Source of the DNA: TPA_inf: Saccharomyces
Taxonomy: Eukaryota
Direction of reading: 5' to 3'
Assembly (NCBI GenBank): GCA_000146045.2
Contig: BK006946.2
Location: 576,001 to 640,000 of the forward strand
Length of the DNA: 64,000 nt
Part shown: positions 32,689 through 42,478 of the stretch, piece by piece
How the letters are laid out: every line of letters starts with the position of its first letter
How positions within the stretch are numbered: position 1 is the first letter of the stretch
Position numbers and translations under genes: made by a program
Notes under the pieces: model-generated
The model's input: the letters and a program-made list of their open reading frames with translations, nothing else
What the model was told of the DNA's origin: nothing
The model's database searches: none

Positions 32689-33981
32689 ATGGGTTTATTT
32701 GATAAAGTGAAGCAATTTGCTAACAGCAATAATAACAACAATGATTCTGGCAATAACAATCAAGGCGATTATGTTACCAAAGCTGAGAATATGATCGGCG
32801 AAGATAGAGTCAATCAATTCAAAAGCAAAATCGGAGAGGACAGATTTGATAAGATGGAGTCCAAGGTTCGTCAACAATTTTCTAATACCTCTATAAATGA
32901 CAACGACTCCAACAACAACGACTCATATGGTTCTAATAACAACGATTCATATGGTTCTAACAACAATGATTCATATGGCTCTAACAACAATGATTCATAT
33001 GGCTCCAACAACAATGATTCATATGGCTCTAACAACGATGATTCCTACGGTTCTTCCAACAAGAAGAAGAGCTCTTATGGTTCTAACAATGACGATTCGT
33101 ACGGCTCCAGCAACAACAATGACTCTTACGGTTCCAACAACAATGACTCTTACGGTTCCAACAACAATGACTCTTACGGTTCCAACAATGACGACTCTTA
33201 CGGTTCGTCAAACAAGAATAAGAGCTCTTACGGTTCCAACAATGACGATTCTTATGGCTCTAACAATGATGATTCATATGGTTCTTCCAACAAGAAGAAG
33301 AGTTCTTATGGTTCCAGCAACAACGATTCGTATGGTTCTAACAACGATGATTCATATGGTTCTAACAACAATGATTCATATGGCTCTAACAACGATGATT
33401 CCTACGGTTCTTCCAACAAGAAGAAGAGCTCTTATGGTTCTAACAATGACGATTCGTACGGCTCCAGCAACAACAATGACTCTTACGGTTCCAACAATGA
33501 CGACTCTTACGGTTCGTCAAACAAGAATAAGAGCTCTTACGGTTCTTCTAGCAACGATGATTCTTACGGATCTTCCAATAACGACGACTCTTACGGTTCT
33601 TCCAACAAGAAGAAGAGTTCTTATGGTTCCAACAATGACGATTCTTATGGCTCTAACAATGATGATTCATATGGTTCTTCCAACAAGAAGAAGAGTTCTT
33701 ATGGTTCCAGCAACAACGATTCGTATGGTTCTAACAACGATGATTCCTACGGTTCTTCTAACAAAAAGAAGAGTTCTTATGGTTCCAACAACGATGATTC
33801 ATACGGCTCCAGCAACAACAATGACTCTTACGGTTCCAACAATGACGACTCTTACGGTTCCTCTAATAGAAACAAGAACTCCTATGGGTCTTCCAACTAC
33901 GGTTCATCCAACAATGATGACTCTTATGGTTCATCTAATAGAGGCGGTCGTAATCAATACGGTGGTGACGACGATTACTAA
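32689..33981 (+). CDS. DDR48: DNA-damage and stress-responsive protein built of tandem SYG/SNNNDSYG repeats, 430 aa.
   Basis: Roughly 35 copies of the octapeptide S-N-N-(N/D)-D-S-Y-G are interspersed with SSNKKKSSYG units. The sequence begins MGLFDKVKQFANSNNNNNDSGNNNQGDY. Confidence 0.9.
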   Translation: MGLFDKVKQFANSNNNNNDSGNNNQGDYVTKAENMIGEDRVNQFKSKIGEDRFDKMESKVRQQFSNTSINDNDSNNNDSYGSNNNDSYGSNNNDSYGSNNNDSYGSNNNDSYGSNNDDSYGSSNKKKSSYGSNNDDSYGSSNNNDSYGSNNNDSYGSNNNDSYGSNNDDSYGSSNKNKSSYGSNNDDSYGSNNDDSYGSSNKKKSSYGSSNNDSYGSNNDDSYGSNNNDSYGSNNDDSYGSSNKKKSSYGSNNDDSYGSSNNNDSYGSNNDDSYGSSNKNKSSYGSSSNDDSYGSSNNDDSYGSSNKKKSSYGSNNDDSYGSNNDDSYGSSNKKKSSYGSSNNDSYGSNNDDSYGSSNKKKSSYGSNNDDSYGSSNNNDSYGSNNDDSYGSSNRNKNSYGSSNYGSSNNDDSYGSSNRGGRNQYGGDDDY

Positions 33982-34081
33982 GTTTTTGGATGTCTTCGAT
34001 AAAAAAAATATATTATTGTGTTTAGACTTAAGTATGAAAATTTTATGTATGAGCTGTGGCTATGTATCCGCTGGCAAATAG
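32897..34081 (+). other. YMR173W-A: Dubious ORF (394 aa) in the +2 frame of the DDR48 repeat array. It is a frame artefact of the stop-free repeat.
   Basis: The translation is a monotonous MIHMALTT/PTRRRALMV repeat that mirrors the DDR48 nucleotide period. It has no independent coding signature. Confidence 0.3.
32900..33960 (+). repeat. Coding minisatellite. The base unit is 24 bp (SNNNDSYG), nested in higher-order units that contain AAGAAGAAGAGC (KKKS).
   Basis: Recurring strings can be read directly: gattcatatggttctaacaac, gactcttacggttccaacaa and tcttccaacaagaagaagag. Confidence 0.9.
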
Positions 34082-34158
34082 GTCTGCTTTTTCTACACTT
34101 TCCACCCTCAACCTAACAGAGCCCGCTGGCACAAATAATCGATAGTAGGACAACAGAG

Positions 34159-34365
34159 CTACTCCTTCTTATGCCCCGCCCCTTTGAGCTTGTTGTATTG
34201 CTCTTGATAGTTGTGTTTTTCACTTTCATCAGCATCGGTAGTCTTGCCGTCCTTGTCTTGACTAGCCATTTTCTTAAAAGCGTCACTCACTACCTTTGCA
34301 TCGCCCTGCAATTTTTCCTTTGAGCTCTGAAATATTTCGCTCACTTTTTGTTGGTCTGTATTCAT
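34159..34365 (-). CDS. PAI3: Proteinase A (Pep4) inhibitor IA3, 68 aa.
   Basis: Exact 68-aa product MNTDQQKVSEIFQSSKEKLQGDAKVVSDAFKKMASQDKDGKTTDADESEKHNYQEQYNKLKGAGHKKE. Confidence 0.9.
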   Translation of the reverse strand: MNTDQQKVSEIFQSSKEKLQGDAKVVSDAFKKMASQDKDGKTTDADESEKHNYQEQYNKLKGAGHKKE

Positions 34366-34489
34366 TCTGGATGTCTTGGTTGTAGAAATTTCTTTTATTG
34401 GTTCATTAAAGTCAAGGTAAATGGCGAGAACTAGAATAGAGTTTTATTCTTTTTACCGTTATATAGATAATTCTAGCCGGGGGCGGTCG

Positions 34490-34915
34490 CCCCTGAGATT
34501 CCCGACATCAGTAAGACATAGTACTGTACGATTACTGTACGATTAATCTATCCACTTCAGATGTTCAACAATTCCTTTTGGCATTACGTATTAATACTTC
34601 ATAGGATCGGCACCCTCCCTTAAGCCTCCCCTAAATGCTTTCGGTACCCCTTTAAGACAACTATCTCTTAACCTTCTGTATTTACTTGCATGTTACGTTG
34701 AGTCTCATTGGAGGTTTGCATCATATGTTTAGGTTTTTTTGGAAACGTGGACGGCTCATAGTGATTGGTAAATGGGAGTTACGAATAAACGTATCTTAAA
34801 GGGAGCGGTATGTAAAATGGATAGATGATCATGAATACAGTACGAGGTGTAAAGAATGATGGGACTGAGAGGGCAATTATCATCCCTCAGAATCAACATC
34901 ACAAACATATATAAA
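34490..34915. promoter_or_regulatory. Divergent PAI3/SIP18 control region with three CCCCT STREs (34490-34494, 34628-34632, 34647-34651) and a TATATAAA box (34908-34915) for SIP18.
   Basis: The sequences are gtcgcccctgag, cctcccctaaatg, ggtacccctttaag and catatataaagctcc. Confidence 0.55.
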
Positions 34916-35015
34916 GCTCCCAATTCTGCCCCAAAGTTTTGTCCCTAGGCATTTTTAATCTTTGTATCTGTGCTCTTTACTTTAGTAGAAAGGTATATAA
35001 AAAAGTATAGTCAAG

Positions 35016-35255
35016 ATGTCTAACATGATGAATAAGTTCGCTGAAAAATTACAAGGTAACGATGATTCCCATCAGAAGGGAAAGAACGCCAAATCCTCCA
35101 ACAAGGAAAGGGATGATATGAACATGGACATGGGTATGGGTCATGATCAGTCCGAAGGGGGAATGAAGATGGGCCATGATCAATCTGGAACAAAGATGAA
35201 CGCTGGCAGAGGAATTGCGAACGATTGGAAGACTTACGAAAACATGAAAAAATAA
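35016..35255 (+). CDS. SIP18: Small hydrophilin induced by osmotic stress and desiccation, 79 aa.
   Basis: The 79-aa product has MGHDQSEGGMKMGHDQSGTKM repeats and is divergent from PAI3. STRE motifs lie in the shared upstream region. Confidence 0.85.
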   Translation: MSNMMNKFAEKLQGNDDSHQKGKNAKSSNKERDDMNMDMGMGHDQSEGGMKMGHDQSGTKMNAGRGIANDWKTYENMKK

Positions 35256-35313
35256 TGTTACGTTTTTTTGGGCGCAATTAACCAAGTCCTTTTATTTTTT
35301 TAATGGTTTATTT

Positions 35314-35508
35314 ATGAATTGTTTATGTTTATGTTCTTTATACTCAAAATCAATAAGTGCTTATTTTAGCGAATTTTCTTCTACGAATATATATAAGTCA
35401 TATCTAAGACTTCCATCCGTGCTTTATTACGTTTGTATGATGCATACAATGATGCCAAATCAGCTTGATGCTGTTGGTATTCAGTCGTCCGAAAGCCTGT
35501 TGATGTGA
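35314..35508 (+). CDS. YMR175W-A: Small 64-aa ORF downstream of SIP18, possibly the annotated putative ORF.
   Basis: The ORF length of 64 aa matches my recollection of a small ORF annotated between SIP18 and ECM5. It has no recognisable domain. Confidence 0.3.
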   Translation: MNCLCLCSLYSKSISAYFSEFSSTNIYKSYLRLPSVLYYVCMMHTMMPNQLDAVGIQSSESLLM

Positions 35509-35739
35509 CACTCAAATCTTCGGCATGTGTGAACGGTGGCCGAGCATAGTTCGTGAACATCATCACTTAAAATAAGAACTACACTTTACATCAGCGTGGA
35601 AGATAAAGGTTGTTTTAAGCTCAAGGGCGCTGGAGGTGTAGCGCTTCGGAGGAAAATAATATTGAATAACTTCGCTTTTTGTTCCAAATTCTAGATTATC
35701 GTGTATGTTCTTGTTCGTACGTCCATCTCCATAGTTATA

Positions 35740-38700
35740 ATGAGTGGGCATGATTCTGTTACAAAAATATCTCATATCCTGAATGAACCGGTTAACGAAA
35801 AGGTAATGGTACAAAACGGGTTCCATGAAAGCTCTAAAATTGCAGACATCGAATTAGAGATACAGGAGCGACCTTCGATTAAACAATGGGAATCGCCGCG
35901 GAGTGCTGTAATTCCTACTTCAAATCATAATTTTAGCCCATTTCTCTATACGCAATTTAAATCTCGTGGTGCAGCACCGTTTGCACCTGAAACAATAAAA
36001 TCTGTAGATTTAGTTGAGCTACCGGAGGGTGTACCCGCAAGAGTGTTTCATGAAAAGACGGGTTTATTTTATCAAATATCTCCACACTCTATTCCAACAT
36101 TTATTTTAGCCAAAAAAGAACTCCCGGACCCCATAAAATTTTATGAGTTAGTGGAAGACTTAGGGTCAGTTTATGGATGTGTTAAGTTGAAAATTATACC
36201 AGATGCTGACAAATTTACTCAACTAAATGTTGATGTAGATCGCCTCTGGTTTAAAGCAAGAAAACAATTTTTCAATTCGAATGAATTTCAAAGAACCAAG
36301 ATAGTTGATTTTTATGCGAAGTTGTATAATTTTCACAATAAAATCAAAAAGAGTACTCTCACAAGGATCCCAAGTATCGATAAACGCACCTTGGATTTAT
36401 ATAGACTGAGGAGTTGTGTGAAGTTGAGGGGAGGCTTCAATGCTGTTTGCGAAAAAAAATTATGGGCGCAAATTGGAAGAGAATTAGGTTACTCGGGCAG
36501 GATTATGAGTTCGTTATCAACTTCTTTAAGATCTGCCTATGCAAAAATTTTATTAGACTTTGACATATATGAAGAAGAAGAGCAAGCTGCTCGTAATAAC
36601 GAAAAAAATGAAGACATGGTGGAATCTGAAATATTTCGTCACTCAAATAGCAGAAGTAGGGACGAAGAGGAGCCACTTCATAAAAAAGCTAAAATACACC
36701 GCGATGTCTTTAGAGCCGGATCGATTAATCATGAATTTAAAAGAATGCGGGACATAAAGCACATAAAAGGGTTTCCGACTTATTTTAACTCGTTAACTGA
36801 GTTTAAACTAGGCTATACACAGTCAACAGAGACCACATTACCGGGCTATGATTTTACTTTTTGGGAGAATGGTATGGAAATATACGATAAAAGCAAATAC
36901 GAAACCAAAACCTCTCCAGTATACAATTTGAGACAGTATTACGAAAAAAGTCTGGCTGTTTTCACTGCTATTGTAGCGAAATTTGGGAGTAGCTATCCTG
37001 ATTTGTTTGCGAAACACACAACATTACCTCAAAAGGAATTCGAGAGGTTATACTTTCATTTGCTATCGGAGCACTTTATAGATTTCGAAATTGACACCGG
37101 TCTTGGACTACCCTGTTCCATGAGATCACCAGGAAACAACTCGTCCAATGAAAAGTTTGCCATTAAGAATATTCTAGACCAGTGGAATTTAGACAACATT
37201 CCTCTCAATGAACTATCGCTTTTACAACACCTTGATCTGGATATGGCCAATTTTACGAGAACCACTTATGATATTGGAATGTTGTTTTCTTGTCAAGGTT
37301 GGTCTGTTTCGGATCATTTTTTACCTTCAATTGATTTCAATCATTTAGGTTCTACCAAGTTGGTGTACAGTATTGCGCCGAAAGATATGGAAAAATTCGA
37401 AGCTTTAATTGCTCGAGGAAAAAGTGAATGGGATACTATCCAATCAAGGCCGCGCTACTCCACCTCCGATGACGAATTAAAGAGCTTTATAGAAACAGAT
37501 TTCTACAAGTCATTTTTGGATGCAGAACAATCTGCTGACTATTCAAACACTGGAGATAATTCAAAAAATTCATTTCCAGAAGATAAGATAGCAGGAAACA
37601 CTCTACATGATGGTTCACAAAGCGACTTCATATTTGAGCCTAATTTCATCTTAGCCAATGGCATAAAACTTTATAAGACGACACAGGAGCAGGGCTCATA
37701 CATTTTTAAGTTTCCGAAAGCCTTCACATGTTCTATTGGATCAGGTTTCTATCTATCACAGAATGCAAAATTTGCGCCAAGCTCCTGGTTGAGATTCAGT
37801 TCCGAGGCAGCAAAATGGACATCTAAGATGGGGTTTCTTCCCGGTTTAGATGTAAATCAATTACTTATCAATGCCCTACTAAACTCCAATAACCCAGTTT
37901 TAAGGAAAAAATGCCGTGATTTAATAAGTAACTACGTCGTTGAGGAAGCGGAAAACAGCAAAAAATTAGGGGAGTTGATTGGCACTGTAGATGTCGTTTA
38001 TAATAAATTGAATTATATTTCAGATATTAGTTTAGAGTCAACTGGTCTTTCAAAAATCGTTGTTACACACGGTGCATTGCAACGTAATTTATCTCTGAAG
38101 GAATTCGTGGTATTGCTAGAAAAACCAGAAAACGGTGCTCATAGTATATGTGGCATCCCAATACGTGATCAATCTGGTAATCTCAATGTTTGTTTGCACT
38201 CATACTTTGATAGCGCAAGCCTAGGAATTGCTCTCGATGGCTTGGACAAGCCTCCGACTTCTTATCTGCTTGTTCACAATGAAGATTTTGAAAAAAAGTG
38301 GGACGTGTTAATGACTTCTACTTTTAGAAATAGAACTGTGCCATTAAATATAATACAGTATTTGATCTCTCATACTGATAGTAATACTGAGTTTAATCGA
38401 ATGTTACGCTCCAATTTTGATGATTCATTACTACTTATTGAGAAATGTAAAAAGTTTATTAAGACCTTCGTGGATGTTTCCTGTTCTGTTAAAGATGTAG
38501 ATTTCGGAAACGGTTTCAATTTACGTCATCTACCGCTTAAGTTTTCTGACAACATGGCTGATAATTTGGAGAGCTTGTATGAAAGTGTGCGGAAGTGCTC
38601 AATTGAATTTTCAGAAAAGCCGACAATTATCAGACTGTATCACGTATCTCGGCAGTTTCCTATCGATAATAGAGATATTATTGATGGCAATAATCTAGAT

Positions 38701-39975
38701 TTGCTTAAGGAATTATATCAGAAATCGTTAACCATCCCGTTGAAGGTTTCTTATTGGACTAAGTTGACCAGAAAAATATGTAGGCTTGAATGGTTATCCG
38801 TTTATGAACATATATTCATTGAGCGATGTGATATTAAGAATGAAGACCCTGCGAAATATTCACTTCCACTGTTATATTCTTACTTCGAATTTGGTTTGAA
38901 ATATTGTGATTCGGAAGATATAGATAAGTTAGGGGAAGTGAGAAAGCTGATTTTAAAATATCAGGACATGATGCAGAAAGTTCGAGTTTTTCTAAAAAAG
39001 GATCCACCCTCAAAAATATCGCTAAGTGATTTAGAAGACGTTTTATTAGATATAGAAGAATATCGGTTACCCATACAAAGTAGTTTTTTCAGTGAGCTTG
39101 ATTATGTTATTAGAGAAATTGAAAATGCAAAAAAAATGAACGATGTGAATATTCTTTATAACACTGATAATATTGATAAAATAGACGAACTCATCAGGAA
39201 AAATGATCCTAAATTTGTGAAGTTTGCGAACCAGTTTAATGGTTCGAGATTAGATAAGAGACCGCTGGCCAGTGATAATTCAGGATCAGTGAAAGCCAAA
39301 CAGGAGTTAAAAGTTTTCAAATTATGGAACCAGCACTTGGATCAAATAATGCAAAAAAATAAATTTATTGAGATACTGCCGTCGATTTTTAGATGTTTAG
39401 ATTTGAAGTCAGACAAATACATTCCTTTGGAAAGTTGTTCTAAGCGCCAAACGAAATATTGCTTTTGTAGAAGGGTTGAAGAAGGTACTGCAATGGTCGA
39501 ATGTGAAATATGCAAGGAGTGGTATCATGTGGATTGTATTAGCAACGGTGAGTTGGTTCCACCTGATGATCCAAACGTTTTATTTGTTTGCTCGATATGT
39601 ACACCACCCTGTATGGCCGTTGACAATATCGAAGGTGTGACTTTTGAGCTTGACGACTTGAAGAGGATCTTAGTAGAATCTTTGAAGCTAAGTTTAATTC
39701 CAGATCCCCCTATCTTGAAGAATCTCTTTGACGTTTTTGCGTTTGCTTTGAACTTCAAAAATGAAATGGAAAAAGAACTATTTACTAACGGTTATGTAAA
39801 TCAATTGTCCTCTACGCACAAGATCAAGTATTACTTGAGAAAGTTAAAAGGGTCACAATGCGGCTTTACTAATCTGACGGATCCCTTAAGGAAACATTGT
39901 CAGGTGAAAGATGCAGAAGCAATTAAATGGCTCACAGATAATGGAAGAATCATAATCACAGGAATTCCAAATTGA
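35740..39975 (+). CDS. ECM5: JmjN/ARID/JmjC/PHD chromatin protein, 1411 aa.
   Basis: The first ATG, at 35740, gives 1411 aa. The C-terminal PHD finger reads CFCRRVEEGTAMVECEICKEWYHVDCI. The track ORF starts at a GTG at 35701. Confidence 0.85.
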   Translation: MSGHDSVTKISHILNEPVNEKVMVQNGFHESSKIADIELEIQERPSIKQWESPRSAVIPTSNHNFSPFLYTQFKSRGAAPFAPETIKSVDLVELPEGVPARVFHEKTGLFYQISPHSIPTFILAKKELPDPIKFYELVEDLGSVYGCVKLKIIPDADKFTQLNVDVDRLWFKARKQFFNSNEFQRTKIVDFYAKLYNFHNKIKKSTLTRIPSIDKRTLDLYRLRSCVKLRGGFNAVCEKKLWAQIGRELGYSGRIMSSLSTSLRSAYAKILLDFDIYEEEEQAARNNEKNEDMVESEIFRHSNSRSRDEEEPLHKKAKIHRDVFRAGSINHEFKRMRDIKHIKGFPTYFNSLTEFKLGYTQSTETTLPGYDFTFWENGMEIYDKSKYETKTSPVYNLRQYYEKSLAVFTAIVAKFGSSYPDLFAKHTTLPQKEFERLYFHLLSEHFIDFEIDTGLGLPCSMRSPGNNSSNEKFAIKNILDQWNLDNIPLNELSLLQHLDLDMANFTRTTYDIGMLFSCQGWSVSDHFLPSIDFNHLGSTKLVYSIAPKDMEKFEALIARGKSEWDTIQSRPRYSTSDDELKSFIETDFYKSFLDAEQSADYSNTGDNSKNSFPEDKIAGNTLHDGSQSDFIFEPNFILANGIKLYKTTQEQGSYIFKFPKAFTCSIGSGFYLSQNAKFAPSSWLRFSSEAAKWTSKMGFLPGLDVNQLLINALLNSNNPVLRKKCRDLISNYVVEEAENSKKLGELIGTVDVVYNKLNYISDISLESTGLSKIVVTHGALQRNLSLKEFVVLLEKPENGAHSICGIPIRDQSGNLNVCLHSYFDSASLGIALDGLDKPPTSYLLVHNEDFEKKWDVLMTSTFRNRTVPLNIIQYLISHTDSNTEFNRMLRSNFDDSLLLIEKCKKFIKTFVDVSCSVKDVDFGNGFNLRHLPLKFSDNMADNLESLYESVRKCSIEFSEKPTIIRLYHVSRQFPIDNRDIIDGNNLDLLKELYQKSLTIPLKVSYWTKLTRKICRLEWLSVYEHIFIERCDIKNEDPAKYSLPLLYSYFEFGLKYCDSEDIDKLGEVRKLILKYQDMMQKVRVFLKKDPPSKISLSDLEDVLLDIEEYRLPIQSSFFSELDYVIREIENAKKMNDVNILYNTDNIDKIDELIRKNDPKFVKFANQFNGSRLDKRPLASDNSGSVKAKQELKVFKLWNQHLDQIMQKNKFIEILPSIFRCLDLKSDKYIPLESCSKRQTKYCFCRRVEEGTAMVECEICKEWYHVDCISNGELVPPDDPNVLFVCSICTPPCMAVDNIEGVTFELDDLKRILVESLKLSLIPDPPILKNLFDVFAFALNFKNEMEKELFTNGYVNQLSSTHKIKYYLRKLKGSQCGFTNLTDPLRKHCQVKDAEAIKWLTDNGRIIITGIPN

Positions 39976-40565
39976 AACGTAATACTATCTTATTGATTAA
40001 AATCACTATTTACTTATCTAAAATGTACCTGCGAAGTCTGCATGACATATTCTCTCTTCTTTTATTGCGCATACCTCGTTTACTCATACTCAGATGTTCT
40101 ACGACGTTTTCTATGGTTGGCAGTAGTTACCTATTGTTGACACTCCAGTATTGGGTGTTTCCCATCCAGCATAATCCCGGTAAAAAAAGACACCCCAGAA
40201 TCTAGGAGAGCTCCTTTCGAAGGTGGAAAAGCGCGTTTTGCTGTCAATATTGATGTTTATTAGTAAGTGTTTACCGTTTCTTGATAGCTTTCCTTACGTA
40301 ACAATTGTTCTTCTGCTTTCCTTCGTAGGAGGAACGCGCCAAGGCAATTTTTCTCGAGAGGTATGAAAAAAATAAAAAAAGCTCATTTCCATGACAACTT
40401 CAAGTAATTGACCATCTATAGGAACCCTAAGACTTTTGGCAACTTCGACTTAGAGCTCTTTTTTGTGGTTTTGTTCATTTACGCTAAATAACTGAGAGTT
40501 TAAATTTATTGATTTATATATTATTGCATCACACAAACATCGCTTTCTTTTTCGCATTTTTGACA

Positions 40566-42098
40566 ATGTTAAGAATCTGCGTAAAAAGGCCCTGTATAAA
40601 GATCGTTCTTTCACAAGTACGTCCAGCATTACTAGTAAGGAAGGAGAATCTCCACATAAGTACTGGAGTAAAAGTTGAAAAGAGCAGTATAATAAACCAA
40701 AAGGACCCTAATAAAGTACGCGTTGAGATAAACGAGTTAAAGAGACAAGCTGAAATTGAAAAGGCTGCAATAAAGGAATTGGAGAAAAATCCTCAATACC
40801 AAAAATTAGCTGAAGCATTCAACAGTCATGATCATGTTCATTTACGTGAATCAGAGACCGAGCAAAACGACATAATTTCATTGGGCACGATACGAGACTA
40901 CAAAAGCAGTAAATGTGAGCAAGCTGATAAGCCTTCGTCGTTGAATCTGCATTCGCATACACATTCTCATGGACATACGCATTCTCATGCTGCTCACAAT
41001 CCATTATTAGTACTTAGTACTGAGCAAATTAGGAAAAATGCAGGCGTAAGAATCACATGGGTCGGCTTAGGTGTAAACGTTGGTATTGCTATAGGTAAAT
41101 TTTTTGGAGGTATCGTATTTCATTCACAAGCGTTGTTTGCGGATGCTATCCACGCAATAAGTGACATGGTTTCTGACTTGTTGACTTTGCTTTCGGTAGG
41201 GCTAGCAGCCAACAAGCCAACCGCTGATTATCCATATGGGTATGGCAAAATTGAAACTGTTGGTTCCTTGGCAGTTTCAACAATATTAGCCATGGCTGGT
41301 ATATCAATAGGTTGGAGTTCCCTTTGTGCACTCGTAGGGCCTGTTATCCCACATACAATCATTGACACCATAGGAAACTTAGGTCATGCTCATACTTATT
41401 CTGAAGACATTATTGAAGACGTTACTGATATCAACGCAGCCTGGATTGCCGCCGCTTCCATTGCAGCTAAAGAATGGATATTTAGAGCCACAAGAAAGAT
41501 TGCTATCAACACTAATTCAAATGTACTAATGGCAAATGCTTGGCATCACCGTGTTGATTCATTAACTTCTCTTGTTGCTCTGGTTGCAATCAGTACTGGT
41601 TATTTGGTTAATATACAATCATTAGACACGATTGGTGGTTTAATTGTTTCTGGTTTAATTATCAAGGCTGGTGGCGAGGGTATGTGCATCGCAATAAAGG
41701 AGTTAATCGATCAGTCAGTTTCTCGTGATGATCCACGCTACCTAGAGATAGAAACTTTGGTTAAAGATACGTTGAACAAACTGATCTCTAATAATAATTC
41801 TCAGAAACCCTATGGATTGAAAGAACTGACGTTACTGTCCTCAGGACCGAATTTACGCGGACATTTAACCTTGGAAGTTCCTTTACAAAAATGGGGCAAT
41901 ATTTTAGGTGTTAACGAGTTTGAAATTGTGACACATCATTTACGTAATGTGTTAACCAATGAAGTATCGAATTTGAGAAGACTGGATATTGAATACGTGG
42001 AAGAAAAAAATGGTGAGGAAAATGAGCATATCAAGGGACAACAAAACTACAAAGAAGATGTTCTTATTAAGCACGACCATACGAATACTCATATTTGA
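40566..42098 (+). CDS. MMT1: Mitochondrial metal (iron) transporter of the cation diffusion facilitator family, 510 aa.
   Basis: The first ATG, at 40566, gives 510 aa. The N-terminus looks like a mitochondrial presequence (MLRICVKRPCIKIVLSQVRPALLVRK). There is a His-rich segment HSHTHSHGHTHSH, and CDF TM core motifs are present. Confidence 0.85.
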   Translation: MLRICVKRPCIKIVLSQVRPALLVRKENLHISTGVKVEKSSIINQKDPNKVRVEINELKRQAEIEKAAIKELEKNPQYQKLAEAFNSHDHVHLRESETEQNDIISLGTIRDYKSSKCEQADKPSSLNLHSHTHSHGHTHSHAAHNPLLVLSTEQIRKNAGVRITWVGLGVNVGIAIGKFFGGIVFHSQALFADAIHAISDMVSDLLTLLSVGLAANKPTADYPYGYGKIETVGSLAVSTILAMAGISIGWSSLCALVGPVIPHTIIDTIGNLGHAHTYSEDIIEDVTDINAAWIAAASIAAKEWIFRATRKIAINTNSNVLMANAWHHRVDSLTSLVALVAISTGYLVNIQSLDTIGGLIVSGLIIKAGGEGMCIAIKELIDQSVSRDDPRYLEIETLVKDTLNKLISNNNSQKPYGLKELTLLSSGPNLRGHLTLEVPLQKWGNILGVNEFEIVTHHLRNVLTNEVSNLRRLDIEYVEEKNGEENEHIKGQQNYKEDVLIKHDHTNTHI

Positions 42099-42478
42099 GC
42101 TTCCCACAGTAATAATAACAAGTGAAGAAGAGAGGGAAATGTCGAAAATACCCGAAACGCATTTCACAATTACAAAAAGGCCAAAAAAAAAAAGGAAAGA
42201 CAATACGCTTATATTTGTCACGTATACCTACTATTTGATTTATGTACGTTTTATATACAAATTGCATTTACTATTTATAAAATAAATCATTAACTATAAT
42301 ACTCTAACTGAATGTTTTAGGATCTTCTCTATTAAAAATATACGTGGAAAACGACTATGGCTGCCCGAGAGACTAAAAAGGAAAGAGCGAGGGATATAAC
42401 AATAGCAGTCATTACTGGTGATAATAATGACATAAAAGAATTACTGAAGGAGGCAAAGTATATACTGTCAAGGGTATA

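Noticed and set aside
32897-34081. 394-aa ORF overlapping DDR48 in another frame.
   Set aside because: The translation is a monotonous MIHMALTT/PTRRRALMV repeat that simply reflects the stop-free alternate frame of the DDR48 minisatellite. It is not an independent gene.
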